A stretch of 64,000 nt of DNA from contig NC_135818.1 of assembly GCF_964213995.1 (NCBI RefSeq), positions 74,648,001 through 74,712,000 of the forward strand, given 5' to 3'. Shown in pieces: positions 1-11,737 of this stretch; positions within the stretch are counted from its first letter, which is position 1; each line of letters begins with the position of its first letter. Below the pieces are notes generated by a model that was not told the DNA's origin, searched no databases, and saw only the letters and a program-made list of their open reading frames with translations. The stretch is from Mustelus asterias (lineage: Eukaryota). The position numbers were made by a program, and so were the translations under genes.

Positions 1-87
1 GAGAATTTGACGCTCAGCCAAATCTCTGTTCACTGCAGCGGGATGGGAGAATCCTGTTGGCGCGGACAGCTGGAGAATCCCTCCCAA
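1..87. mobile_element. Partial MITE (same GGGCGGGATTTTCC-type TIR family as 6382-6507)
   Basis: Ends in ggagaatccctccc, like the TIR of the other copies; internal similarity to 34443-34578. Confidence 0.45.
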
Positions 88-248
88 TATGTCTTTTCTC
101 TGAAAAAGTCATTCAACAGGGTAATTTGAATTGAATGGCCATTCGAATACAAAACCCATGGCTGTCTTGATATCTCTCAACATGTGATAAGCTACAAGAC
201 ACGGTGTATATCACTCAAGCCAATACCTTTAATGGGAGAAAGACTTTG

Positions 249-487
249 GGGTGGCACAGTGGTTAGCACTGCTGCCTCACAGCGCCAGGGACCTGAGTTC
301 GATTCCCAGCTTGGGTCACTGTCTGAGCAGAGTCTATACATTCTCCCCGTGTCTGTTTGTGTTTCCTCCGGGTGCTCCGGTTTCCTCCCACAGTCTAAAA
401 GATGTGTTGGTTAGTTACATTGGTCATGCTAAATTCTCTCTCAGTGTATCCGAACAGGTGCTGGAGTGTGGCGACTGGGGGATTACA
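249..487 (+). mobile_element. HE1-type V-SINE, tail type B, 3'-truncated
   Basis: tRNA-like head GGCACAGTGGTTAGCACTGCTGCCTCACAG with B box GAGTTCGATTCC; V core TCCGGGTGCTCCGGTTTCCTCCCACAGTC. Confidence 0.9.
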
Positions 488-549
488 GTGGGATCTAGGT
501 GTATAGTCTACTGAAAGTGGCAACACAAGTGGATAAGGTGGTCAAGAAG
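488..549 (+). mobile_element. Short CR1 LINE ORF2 fragment
   Basis: Similar to the DLGV...LKVATQVDKVVKK segment of other CR1 copies in the window (e.g. 42405-42475). Confidence 0.6.
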
Positions 550-1108
550 TCCACCTCTACTTTCTCAAGAGGCTAAGGAAATTTGGCATGTCTGCTATGA
601 CTCTCAGCAATTTTTACAGATGCACCATAGAAAGCATTCTTTCCGGATGTTTCACAGCTTGGTATGGTTCCTGCTCTGACCAAGACTGCAAGAAACTACA
701 AAGGATTGCGAATGTAGCCCAATCCATCACGCAAAGTAGCCTCCCATCCATTGACTCTATCTACACTTCCCACTGCCTTGGAAAAGCAGCCAACATAATC
801 AAGGACCCTACGCACGCCGGACATACTCTCTTCCATCTTCTTCCATCTGGAAAAAGATACAGAAGTCTGAGATCACGTACCAACCAACTCAAGAACAGCT
901 TCTTCCCTGCTGTCATCAGACTTTTGAATGGTCCTATCATATATTAAGCTGATCTTTCTCTTCTGCCTACCTGTAACTGGAACACTGTATTCTGCACCCT
1001 ATCCTTTTCCTTTTTCTTGTGAAGGGTATGTTTTGTCTATATAGTGCACAAGAAACAATACTTTTCACTGTATCCCATTACATGCGACAATAAATCAAAT
1101 CCATCAAA
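550..1108 (+). mobile_element. Rex1/Babar LINE, 5'-truncated 3' end
   Basis: ORF 588-947 (FYRCTIESILSGCFTAWYG...LPSGKRYRS...KNSFFP) is the Rex1-type RT C-terminus; tail ends taaatcaaat. Confidence 0.85.
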
Positions 1109-1245
1109 CAAGTTTTCAGACAGGGCCTCAAACTCTGATTCTTCGGTGCAGCCATTGAAGTTTGGAGTTGACAATCAGTCATCCAATGAACTTTGAATCC
1201 TATGGTCTCTCTAGTGAGCACTCTTAAGAGGTGTTTACTTCCAAT

Positions 1246-1568
1246 GGGCGGCACAGTGGCACAGTGGCTCGCACTGCTGCCTCACAGTGCCAGGGACCCG
1301 GGTTCAATTTGGGTCACTGTCTCTGTGGAGTTTGCACATTCTCCCCGTGTCTGCATAGGTTTCCTCTGTTTTCTTTCCCCTCCAGTTTCCTCCCACATTC
1401 CAAAGATGTGTGGGTTAGGTTGATTGGCCATGTTAAATTGGTGCTCGTGTCAGGGGACTAGCAGGATAGATATGTGGGGAATAGAACCTGGGTGGGATTG
1501 TGGTCGGCGCAGATTCGATGGGTCAAATGGCCTCCTTCTGCACTGTAGGGATTCTACTATTCTATGGT
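1246..1568 (+). mobile_element. HE1-type V-SINE, CR1-type tail (type A)
   Basis: Head, V core and tail ...ggcctccttctgcactgtagggattcta. Confidence 0.9.
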
Positions 1569-1581
1569 TCAGCACGGTGTA

Positions 1582-1679
1582 AAAGAACAAAGAACAATAC
1601 AGCACAGGAACAGGCCCTTCGGCACGGGGCTTGGAGGGCCGAAGGGCTCGTTCCTGTGCTGTATTGTTCTTTGTTCTTT
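1582..1679. repeat. Inverted pair of CR1 3' tails forming a hairpin
   Basis: 1582-1623 is the near-perfect reverse complement of 1638-1679; the same tail occurs at 43045-43104. Confidence 0.85.
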
Positions 1680-2177
1680 GTTGCCTCCAGATGTGTTCAC
1701 TATTCCACCTGGTATACAAATGCATACCATGTACTTGCTGAAGAAAGGACTAAAATAACCTTACAGTCATTCCTGACATCCCTACTTATCTACATTATAG
1801 CAATGTATATGTTAGCCTCCAGGTGAGTGTGTGTAGAGGCTTCTTTAAAGATAACCATTCCAATGTCAACTCTCTTTCTTTATCATCGGCTGCATGCCCT
1901 AAGAGGCAACATTGGCAACTATGGATGTCCACCTGTTGATCCACGATTATACTTGGCAAGATTTGCTGTTGAATGGTGATTACATGACTAACAATACCCT
2001 GCAAAATGCTTTCGGGCATCCTTAGGTCGTGAAAGGTGCTACATAAATGAAGGGCTTTCTTTCTTACCAGAACAAAAGACTTTAAAAGCAAGCTAATCCA
2101 AACAAACTTTAAATTTAAATGTTGTTAATGGAAAAACTCTTCTTCAATGCATTTTATACACTGAAATAATGTTGACT

Positions 2178-2418
2178 TTGATTTGATTTATTATCGTCAC
2201 ATGTATCGGTATACCGTGAAAAGTATTGTTTGTTGTGCACTATACAGACAAAGCATACCGTTCATAGAGAAGGAAAAGAGAGAGTGAAGAATGTAGTGTT
2301 ACAGTTATATATATGGGTGCATAGAAAGATCAACTTAACCTGAGGTAGCTCCATTCAAAAGTCTGATGGCAGCAGGGAAGAAGCTGTTCTCGAGTCGGTT
2401 GGCGCGTATCCTCAGACT
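2178..2418 (-). mobile_element. Rex1/Babar LINE 3' end
   Basis: (gattt)n tail; reverse-complement similarity to 880-1105. Confidence 0.85.
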
Positions 2419-2539
2419 CACCATATTAACCATAATAATACCATCTTAATTATAGTAATGCTCACCATATTAATGCTTACCATACTAACACCACAAAGAT
2501 ATCTTTCAGGCTTTAATTTTGGAACATTTCAGAGTAGCT

Positions 2540-2710
2540 ATATTTCAGTTAAATCGCTCAGGTAATGGGCATGCGCTCTGGGTGCACCAACACCAGATGG
2601 ACTGCAGCCGTTCAAGAAGGCGGCTCACTACCACCTTCTCAAGGGCAATTAGGGAGGGACAACAACTGCTGGCCTTGCCAGCGACGTGAACATCCCACGA
2701 AAGAACAAAA
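2540..2710 (+). mobile_element. L2-like LINE 3' end
   Basis: caccagatggactgcagccgttcaagaaggcggctcactaccaccttctcaagggcaattaggga; related copies at 6015-6145 and 44293-44470. Confidence 0.6.
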
Positions 2711-3277
2711 ACTACCAGCAACCTTGGACTGTTAATACATTCAGGGCACTTATGAAGATTTATGCACACGAATAAGTCAATCAATTATTGAATGATAAAT
2801 AGTTGCGGGTTGAGTCGTCTTGGTCTTATCTTATTTGCCTTCACTGTGAACTAATTAATGTCAGCTCGCTAACGTTCTGTTCAGTGGTGATGCTGCATCA
2901 GATAAATACTTTCAACTGACTGATGCACGGTCTGGGGCCTGAGAACAGAATACTCCGTGCATCATGTAAGTCCAGAGACAAACTGCCAGTGAGATGTGAT
3001 GGACCCCATTAATGACAGTTATGCCATTAATGAAGTATTATTCTGAATCAACATTCAATTCATGGACGCCAGTTCAGCAAAGTAATCATAACTGATCAAT
3101 AAAGAACCAATTGAAATTTCTAATGAAAAACTTGGTCCATTGAACAATCACTATTCAGGCCAAGTTGTTTTATAAGTGAAGGAAAAGCTTATTTATGTGT
3201 GAAGAAAAATCCTGGACGATATATCACTGATTCTTAATAAGCTCTAATTGGTGCAACATTTGAGTTTTCAGTGAGAT

Positions 3278-3554
3278 GCGGCACGGTGGCACGGTGGTTA
3301 GCACTGTTGCCTCACAGCGCCAAGGACTCGGGTTCGATTCCTGGCTTGGGTCACTGTCTGTGAAAAGTCTGCACGTTCTCCCCATGTCTACACAGGTTTC
3401 CTCCCACAGTCCGAAAGCTATGCCGGTTAGGTGAATTGGCCATGCTAAATTCTCCCTCGGTGTACCCGAACAGGCGCCAGAGTGTGGCGACGAGGGGATT
3501 TTCGCTGCAGTGTCAATGTAAGCCTACTTGTCACACTAATAGATAAATTTAAAC
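3278..3554 (+). mobile_element. HE1-type V-SINE, tail type B
   Basis: Head with A/B boxes; tail gtacccgaacaggcgccagagtgtggcgac... Confidence 0.9.
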
Positions 3555-3611
3555 TACTGTGGGATTGAATGGGAAGATTATAAATGTGCAGCCCAATGTT
3601 AAAATAAAAGC

Positions 3612-3845
3612 GTAAGATCAGAAGAAATAGGAGCAAGACTAGGCGATTCGACCTCTCGAGCCTGCTACATCATTCAATAGCTGATCCGATATTCCTCATA
3701 TCCACTTTCCTCCCATTTTCCCGTAACCCTTGATTCCCTTACTGATCAAAAATCTATCCATCTCAGCCTTAAATATACATAAGGACTCTGCACCCACAGC
3801 TCTCAATGGCAAAGAGTTCCAAAGACTTCCAAGAGAAGAAATTGT
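3612..3845 (-). mobile_element. CR1 LINE 3' end
   Basis: Minus-strand peptide LWNSLP...FKAEMDRFLISKGIKGYG, then 3' UTR. Confidence 0.8.
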
Positions 3846-3999
3846 AGATTCGGAGCAGAGGAAGTGAAATGGGTCTTTGGAGATGAACGGGCCAGAGTGA
3901 ATCATCAGCCCATTGTCTGATAGAAAGGAAATGGCAGGAAGAGTTTAAAGCCAGCTGCAACTTCACAATTGCTCAGATTTGTAGCTTATCGAAAGCAAC

Positions 4000-4262
4000 A
4001 CCACCCCGAAAAGGGACAGGGGTAAGCCATTCCGTCTTTCCAAACTACCCTGCCATTCATTTATATAATGGCTATTCTCCACCTTAAATCCATTTACCTG
4101 CTTTTGATCCATAGTCCCTAATATATTTTCCTAATAAGAAAAGATATCTCCCTTTTTTGAATATTTCAATTGTCTCAACTTTTGCAGGGGAGAGAATTCT
4201 TGATTTCCAATACTCCTCATGTCAAAAAGGTGCTTTGTGATTGTTTCGAAATTGTACTTCCC
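4000..4262 (-). mobile_element. Old, diverged CR1 3' fragment
   Basis: Weak similarity to the CR1 3' end at 3612-3845. Confidence 0.4.
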
Positions 4263-4310
4263 CGTCATTTGCCTTTCTTGGATCCAAAGTGTATGCTGTC
4301 ACACTGCACT

Positions 4311-4672
4311 GCCCCCCGCCCCACCCCCCGGCCCCCCGCCCCCCGGACCCCCCCCCACCCCCCCACCCCCTGCCCCCGCGCCNNNNNNNNNNNNNNNNNN
4401 NNNNNNNNNNNNNNNNNNNNNNNNNNNNNNNNNNNNNNNNNNNNNNNNNNNNNNNNNNNNNNNNNNNNNNNNNNNNNNNNNNNNNNNNNNNNNNNNNNNN
4501 NNNNNNNNNNNNNNNNNNNNNNNNNNNNNNNNNNNNNNNNNNNNNNCCCCCCACCCCGCCCCCGCCCCCCCACTCCGCCCCCCCGCCCCCCCACTCCGCC
4601 CCTCCCGCCCTCAACCCCCCTCAACCCCCCTCAACCCCCCTCAACCCCCAACGATGCACCTTCCCCCTCAGA
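4311..4672. other. Assembly gap (N 4383-4546) with C-rich low-complexity flanks
   Basis: 164 Ns flanked by poly-C runs and (cccccctcaa)n. Confidence 0.95.
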
Positions 4673-4715
4673 TCCCCACTGAAATCCTATCATTGCTTAC
4701 ATTTCTAGAAAGAAT

Positions 4716-5067
4716 TCATAGAATCCCTACAGTGCAGAAGGAAGCCATTCGACCCATCAAATCTGCCCTGACAACAATACCACCCAGACCCTAACCTGTA
4801 ACCCCATGTATTTACCCTGCTAGTCCCCCTGACACTCAAGGGCAATTTACCGTGGTCAATCCACCTAACTCGCACATCTTTGGATTGTGGGAGGAAACCA
4901 GAGCACCCGGAGGAAGCCCAGTTGGACGGTACGGTGGCACAGTGGTTAGCACTGCTGCCTCACAGAATGTGCAAACTCAACACAGACAGTGACCCGAGGC
5001 TGGAATTGAACCCAGGTCCCTGGCGCTGTGAGGCAGCAGTGCTAACCACTGTGCCACCATACCGCCC
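4716..5067 (-). mobile_element. HE1-type V-SINE type A carrying an internal inverted insert
   Basis: Full minus-strand copy; 4915-4965 is an inverted copy of 5026-5076. Confidence 0.9.
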
Positions 5068-5106
5068 AACTGGGCTGGATTATTTGTCTAGTGACAATAC
5101 CGTTCT

Positions 5107-5237
5107 GCCATTCAGCCCATCGAGTCTGCACCGACAGTAATCTCACCCAGGCCCTATCCCCGTAACCCCACATATTTACCTTGCTGATCCCCCTGACATT
5201 AAGGGGCATTTTGCATGGCCAATAAACCTAACCCGCA
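5107..5237 (-). mobile_element. HE1 type A 3' fragment
   Basis: Matches the tail region of the other copies. Confidence 0.8.
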
Positions 5238-6014
5238 CTCACTTGGGTAAGTAAAACCAGCCTACAATTAACATATAAGAAAAGGAACCAGTAAATGTGA
5301 TTAAGTTCATGCTACGAGGAATGTTCTTCCATTTGCTTGTTCTTAGCTAGACTGGAGTACCCGGAGATCATACTTCAAGTAAAACGAGAAGGCGTGCACA
5401 TGCCAGTTGACAGCCAGTTCTGACACTTTCTGCACAATTTGCAAATGCTTCTGAAAAGTTCGAACATGGGGTGAGCGGAGGATAAAGATTCTTATCTCAG
5501 CTCCTTTCCTTTTAGCAGCAGGTGCATGGTCTAACAGACAGTGAGGAACTCAGTTCCTTGAACCCTTTCATTAGTGTTTCCGTCTTGCCCTGAAAAGATA
5601 TGGCTCTGAGTGCAAGGCAAAGGATGAGAAAGAAATTACATTCAAGGGCGGTTGGTGAGTGCTTTGCTGGAGTTCTGTACCGCGGTTTTGTGGCAAAGTG
5701 GATTGAGGGTTCAATCTCCCATTGTGCTGGGAATGTGCTGCAGAGGGTGGTGTTAAAGTTATGGGCCAGGCCTAAAAAAAAACTGCAAACTCTGGCTTTT
5801 AGGCACAAAGCATGAAGTGTCCAACATGACGTGCTTGCACTCAATTCACGTCACCTTGTAATGCATCAGGGTGCCCACCTGAAACAAGCATTATTCTTAT
5901 CTCCTATCAAAATCTGCCATCAAAAGCCTACTTCAGGCCCCGTTCCGACATTGGATCTTGACTGACTGCAGCATAAGTAGAGGCTAGGAGAGGTAAGCAG
6001 GGGCCCTCTGAAGT

Positions 6015-6145
6015 GGTTTAGTAACTCATTTCGTTGCATAAAACCACTTCCAGTGTTTCAAGAAGGCCCACTATCGCCCTCTCAGGGTAGCGAAGGATGG
6101 GCAATAAATGTCCTCTCAATGACTCCCAGCGCCATAGAGTTAATA
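6015..6145 (+). mobile_element. Diverged L2-like 3' tail
   Basis: ttcaagaaggcccac...ggatgggcaataaatg, as in 2540-2710. Confidence 0.45.
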
Positions 6146-6381
6146 TTTTTAAAACCCAGAGATTTCCCAAGTTTTAGTGAGCGAGCGAGCGAGCGGTCAG
6201 TCTCCGGAATGGACTGCTGAGGTAACGGTTAGGTGCAGCTGCTGTTAAATCAGTGAAATATAAAGTAATTAGATTTATTTCAGAAAATAATAATTTTGAA
6301 GACAGTCGACATGTAATTCGTGAGATGACATTTGACAAATGCCTGGAAGGAAAATGGTGAACTTTGAGTTTATAGCTCCTG

Positions 6382-6507
6382 GGGTGGAATTTTCCTGTCC
6401 CGCCCACCATGGGAATCGTAGCAGATGGGACCGGACCATGCAAAGGTCCCTTGATCTTGAGCAGGATTTTCCGGTCTTGGGGCGAAACCGGCTGGAAAAT
6501 CCCGCCC
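6382..6507. mobile_element. MITE, probably PIF/Harbinger-type
   Basis: Imperfect TIRs gggtggaattttcc / ggaaaatcccgccc; flanking 3-bp direct repeat CTG. Confidence 0.65.
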
Positions 6508-6619
6508 CTGGAGCCTTCACCACTAAGGTTTTTCAAATGTTATTTCTGGGTCTATTGTAAAAGATTATAATGCTATGTTAGTCAGGAACTCCATTAACAT
6601 TGTATCATGAAACTACCTG

Positions 6620-7280
6620 GTCACAGGTGGACAGAGTGGTTAAGAAAGCATTTAGCATGCTTGGTTTCATTGGTCAAAACATTGAATGCAGGAGTTGGGA
6701 CATCTTGTTGAAGTTGTACAAGATATTGGTAAGGCCACACTTGGAATACTGTATACAGTTCAGGTCAACCTATTATAGAAAGGATATTATTAAACTAGAA
6801 AGAGTGCAGAAAAGATTTACTAGGATGCTACTGGGACTTGATGGTTTGAGTTATAAGGAGAGGCTGGGTAGACTGGAACTTTTTTTCCCTGGAGCGTAGG
6901 AGGCTTAGGGGTGATCTTATAGAGGTCTACAAAATAATGAGGGGCATAGATAAGGTATATAGTCAAGATCTTTTTCCAAAGGTAGGGGAGTCTAAAACTA
7001 GAGGGCATAGGTTTAAGGTGAGAGGGGAGAGATACAAAAGTGTCCAGAGGGGCAATTTTTTCACTCAGAGGATTGATGAGTGTCGGGAATGAGCTGTCAG
7101 AGGTAGGAGTAGAGGCGGGTACAATTTTGTCTTTTCAAAAGCATTTAGACAGTTACATGGGCAAGATGGGATATAGAGGGATAGGGGCCAAATGCGGGCA
7201 ATTGGGACTAGCTTAGTGATAAAAACTGGGTGACAAGTTGGGCCGAAGGGCCTGTTTCCCTGCTGTAAACCTCTATAACT
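6620..7280 (+). mobile_element. CR1 (HER1-like) LINE, 5'-truncated
   Basis: LYKILVRPHLEYC...LERVQKRFTRML peptide; 3' UTR gggccgaagggcctgtttcc. Confidence 0.9.
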
Positions 7281-7944
7281 TTTACAAGTTTTACAATGCT
7301 CTCTGCTGATATTAATTACATTGAGCTACTCACAGTTACTAGCCCCTTAGTTAACATTTTATTTCTGGTTTGCAGTTTGACTCTATGACTCTACCAGGAT
7401 GGTAGAGTTAGCTGGCCCTTGTTTTTGTTCTCTGGCTTAGATTCCTATAAAGGCAATACAGTGAATTGGAAGTAAGTCCATGCCAAGTTGGAAAAGATGG
7501 AGCTTCCCCTCTTTCTCTCCACTTCTTTCCCATCCAAAATGCAACACACACTAACATTGGAGCCTTAAATCTAGGCTTGGACTCTGACTTTAGAATGCCA
7601 ATGGGGCTACGTTACTCCATTATCCTCAGGATAGGGCCCATGTCTGACCAGGAGATTGCAAATTCCATGTGTGTATTGAGTGCAATGTAAACATGGAAGT
7701 GGGTAGGAGGGAACCAAAAGCAAGAACACCATTTCAAATTTCAGGAAACAAGACCAAGCCACTGCTGCAGTCACCTTTACCATCTGAATTCTCCATTCAT
7801 AACTCACTAGTGCTGTGATTCTGCTTATTCTTTGCACTTTTGTGAGTCCTGCCCCTACACACTGTCAAATTCCAAATCAGCCCATCAGTATGCCCCCTTA
7901 CTATTGTTAGGGGAAATATCTTTAAGATACACGTTGACAAGCCC

Positions 7945-8286
7945 GGGAGGCAGCGGCACAGTGATATTGTCACTGGATTAGTGATGCAGAGACCCGGGGT
8001 AATGTTCCATGGACCCAGGTTCGAATCCCACCAAGGCAAACAGTGAAATTCAAATTCAATAAACATCTGAAATTAAGTCGAATGATAACCATGATACCTT
8101 TGCCGTAAAAACCCATCTGATTCACTAATGTCCTTCAGGGAAGGGAATCTGCCGTCCTTACCTGGTCTGGCCTACACTTGACTCCAGATCCATAGCAATG
8201 TGGTTGACTCTTAAACGCCCTCTGGGGTGGGGAATAAATGCTGACACAGCCAGCGATGCCCAAGTCCCATGAATTAATTTTAAAAA
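7945..8286 (+). mobile_element. tRNA-derived SINE with L2-like tail (second SINE family)
   Basis: B box GGTTCGAATCC; body shared with 22693-23055, 25767-26121 and 50124-50470; tail aataaatgctg...ccagcgatgccca. Confidence 0.8.
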
Positions 8287-8479
8287 TTGGCTTTAAAAAA
8301 AATCACAGCCAACAAACTTGAGTAATGTTACTCTGAATATAGGCTGCCTGTATCTGTAAGCAGTTTGTGTCACGGGCAGAAGTATTTTGTTTTCATTCTG
8401 CCCGAGATCAGAGTGTTTCTTATGCAAGAGTGTTTGTCCCAATTTACTTAATTCCAGCAGCAAGCTTGTTGTGAGTTTT

Positions 8480-8800
8480 CATAGAATCATAGAATCCTGC
8501 AGTGCAGAAGGAGGCCTTTCGGCCCTTCGAGTCTGCACTGACCACAATCCCACCCAGGCCCTATCCCCATAACCCCATGCATTTAACCTAGCCAGTCATC
8601 CTGACACTAAGGAGCAGTTTAGCATGGCCAATCCACCTAACCCACACATCTTTTTACTGTGGGAGGAAACCGGAGCACCTGGAGGAAACCCACACAGACA
8701 TGGGGAGAATGTGCAAACTCCACACAGACGGTAACCTAAGCCAGGAATCGGTCCCTGGCGCTGTGAGGCAGTAGTGCTAACCACTGTGTCACCGCGCCAC
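8480..8800 (-). mobile_element. HE1-type V-SINE type A
   Basis: (tcatagaa)n tail, V core and head on the minus strand. Confidence 0.9.
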
Positions 8801-8839
8801 CCCTTTACAGTAAAGGTTATTGATTATCACACAATTGCC

Positions 8840-10932
8840 CCCAGAAGTTCAAAAATGTGAAATCTCATTTATCCGGCTCACACACAAAGAAGGCATTAGA
8901 AATTGTCTTTGTGATGGAAAATACAGAAAAAAGAATGATGGAACTTCAAAGCGTGCAAGCTGAGAGGTGCACCAAGTTTGGAGGGAAAGTGCAAATGGCA
9001 GTTCACCCAGGGATGTGGGCGCAGATCTTAACAAACAAAAAAGTACAGAATCAGGAAGAGTGCAGAGGCATAGGGGGTTCGGTTTACAGTCAGAAACCAT
9101 GAAAAATGCTATCGGTGTTAGGAGCCAATCTCCAGGAGCTGCCTTGTCACATAAAATGGAGGATAGGTTAGAAAGACCCATTGGCCATGCTTCAAGGACC
9201 CTGACTGATGCAGAAAAGGCATACTCACAGATCGAGAAAGGAGGGTTGACCGTCATCTTTAGAATAACAAAATTCCATCAATACGTTTATGGACTATATT
9301 TCACCAAAATTACTGATCATAAACGCCTATTACGGTTATTTTGAGAAGATAAAGTCATCCCTCCAATCGTATCTGCAAGGATACAACGTTGGGCTTTATT
9401 GTTGGTCGCTCATGGATATAACCTCCAACACAGACGGGAGATACAGATATCAAATGCAGATGCCTTGAACTGACTCCCACTACCGGAAAGAGCACCGCTC
9501 TCACCATTGCCACAGGAAATTGTCCTAGCCTTGAATTTCCTCGGCACACTACCTGTGTCATCGCAACAAATCAAACACTGGTCTCAGAAGGATCCAATAT
9601 TGTCCAGTGTTAAGCATATGGTTCTTCATGTCTGGCATTACCAGGGAACATTTGAACAACTAAAGCCCTTTCAGATAAGGAAGAACGAACTGAGCCGTGA
9701 AGATGGTGTCCTCCTGTAAGGACCAAGGGTGGTCATCCCCATGTCTAGCAGGAAGCTTTTATTGGAGGAACTACACAACACCCACCCAGGAATGTCCAAG
9801 ATGAAAATGTTGGCTCGCAGCTATGTGTGGTGGACCAGGTTAGACTCAGAGGTAGAAAATATGGTTGAACGCTGCAACCAATGCCAGGCACAACAAAAGT
9901 TGCTGTCGGCAACCCTGATGTACGTGTGGCATTGGCCAGGTTGGCTGTGGGTGCAACTCCATATTGATTTTGTAGGCCTATTCATGGGTACCATGTTCCT
10001 ACTTATAGATGTTGCACACTCAAAATGGCTAAACAAGTATGAAATGGAATCCCTCCTCTGGGACTTCTTTGGCAACAGTGGAAAAGTTAAGGCAAACCAT
10101 TGCCACCCATGGTTTGCTGCATGTGATGTTCTTGGACAATAGGACAGCATTTACCAGCGAGGAGTTCCAGCATTTCTTGTCGTCAAATGACATTAAGCAC
10201 ATACATACCGCACCATACCACCCTTCCTCGAATAGATTGGCTGAGAGGGCTGTGCAAATTTACAGAATGACACCCCACAGATTACCCCTGCCAAGTTGCG
10301 GATGGGTCGGCGTATTTGAATCAGGTTCGATTTACTGTTCCCAAATTTGGTGGGGAGGGTGGAGCCAAAACAGGGTGTGCAAAAGAAGCATTATAGTTCA
10401 ATAAAGCCTGGGAAAACATTCAAAATTGATGATCTGGTATATATTAAACATTTTGGGACGGGTCAGAGTTGGGTCCCAGGTGTTGTTGTGGCCTGGACGG
10501 GCCCGGTATCATGAAGTTCAAGGTAAAAGGTTGAAGAAGCATCTAGCACACTTGAGAAGAAGGGAGTCACATAGAGAACCAATGGGACTGTCCGCTCTGA
10601 GTATGCTGCCAGTGATCGGCCTACTTCTGCTTCTACGTCTTCTGATCAGTAAGGAAACAAGTCAGCCTGAGGAAAGGTCAAGTAGCATTCCTGTGGGAAC
10701 TGGAAAAGTGATCTGCACCTTTACAAATGGGAAGTCCGATCTCTGGAAGTGAAAGCGAATCAGCCCCTGCTGATAAGGCAATGGAGGTTGAACTGCATCG
10801 CTCACAAAGGGGGAGGAAATCCCTGATAATCTTTACAATGGACTGTGCTAAAGAATTCATTTATGGTGACATAATATAAATAGTTTAACTTTTAATGGCA
10901 TGTATTATAAGGGACTTAAAGGGGGGGAGGGA
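8840..10932 (+). mobile_element. Decayed Gypsy (Mag/K02A2.6-like) internal region: gag end, RNase H, integrase
   Basis: KKALEIV..MEN gag-like motif; CYRC at 9107-9118; RNase H ERPIGHASRTLTDAEKAYSQIEK; integrase LHNTHPG..CNQC, LHIDF, DNRTAFTSEEF, APYHPSSN.LAERAVQ; many stops and frameshifts; polypurine tract 10918-10932. Confidence 0.9.
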
Positions 10933-11181
10933 TGTTGTAGAGAGACCCTTTAAGGGGCGAGGTTTAGGAGGATCATGTGACCTGGAGGATCATGTGACCT
11001 GTTCAGCTAATCAGGCCAAAGCGCACGAATGCCGGAGCTGAGTGTGGGCTCCTCCAGGCAGTCTAGGTTATGGAGTCAAAGTAATCAGTAGCATCATTCT
11101 TACTCTCTGTAAAAGTTATTGTAGTTCATAAATAGTTTTGTTGCTACCCCATTTGGTGGTCCCCACTCCCACTAAATTACA
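10933..11181 (+). repeat. Putative 3' LTR of the Gypsy element
   Basis: Starts TGT immediately after the polypurine tract and ends ...TTACA; no second LTR is visible to confirm the right boundary. Confidence 0.6.
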
Positions 11182-11557
11182 CAAAGATGAGAGACTCATG
11201 CAGAAAAAGAAAAACAATTAATTACAATTTAGGACTGTTTAGGAGTGTATGTTGCGGCGGGCCTGTATTTTCTTCGATGAGTTGATGCTTTAGTTGGAAT
11301 GAATGTCTTGTAAAGCAGAGGTTTCTCAGTAAGTGGCATGTTTTCTTGTGGTCGAATGTCCAAGAGGTTGGTTCTCAAGTGAACTTGAAGTTGGAACAGG
11401 TTAGGGAGAGTCATTTTTCTACTTTCAAATTATTACTTTTATTACCTTGTCTTCTTAGTTGACTTATAACGGGTTCAATGGCCTCCTGATGGAATTCTGC
11501 TGCAGAACAATTTCTTGCTATTATTTTTAAAAGCAGATCTCAAAATGACTTCCTTAC

Positions 11558-11737
11558 CGGTGCTCCAGTTTCCTCCCACAGTCCAAAAGATGTGCTGGTT
11601 GGATGTATTGGCCATGCTAAATTCTCCCTCAGTTTACCTGAACAGGCGCTGGAGTGTGGCGACTAGGGACTTTCCACAGTAACTTCATTGGAGTGTTAAT
11701 GTAAGCCTACTTGTGACGCTAATAAATAAACCTTAAA
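11558..11737 (+). mobile_element. HE1 type B, 3' half
   Basis: V core plus type B tail ending aataaataaac. Confidence 0.85.

Noticed and set aside
184-514. Recurrent peptides such as MAQWLALLPHSARD and MDCGRKPEHPEE in many ORFs
   Set aside because: These are translations of the non-coding HE1 SINE, not a gene family.
4170-4794. Pro-rich and Gly-rich ORFs spanning the gap
   Set aside because: They are artefacts of poly-C sequence and Ns; the C-rich flanks may themselves be low-quality sequence.
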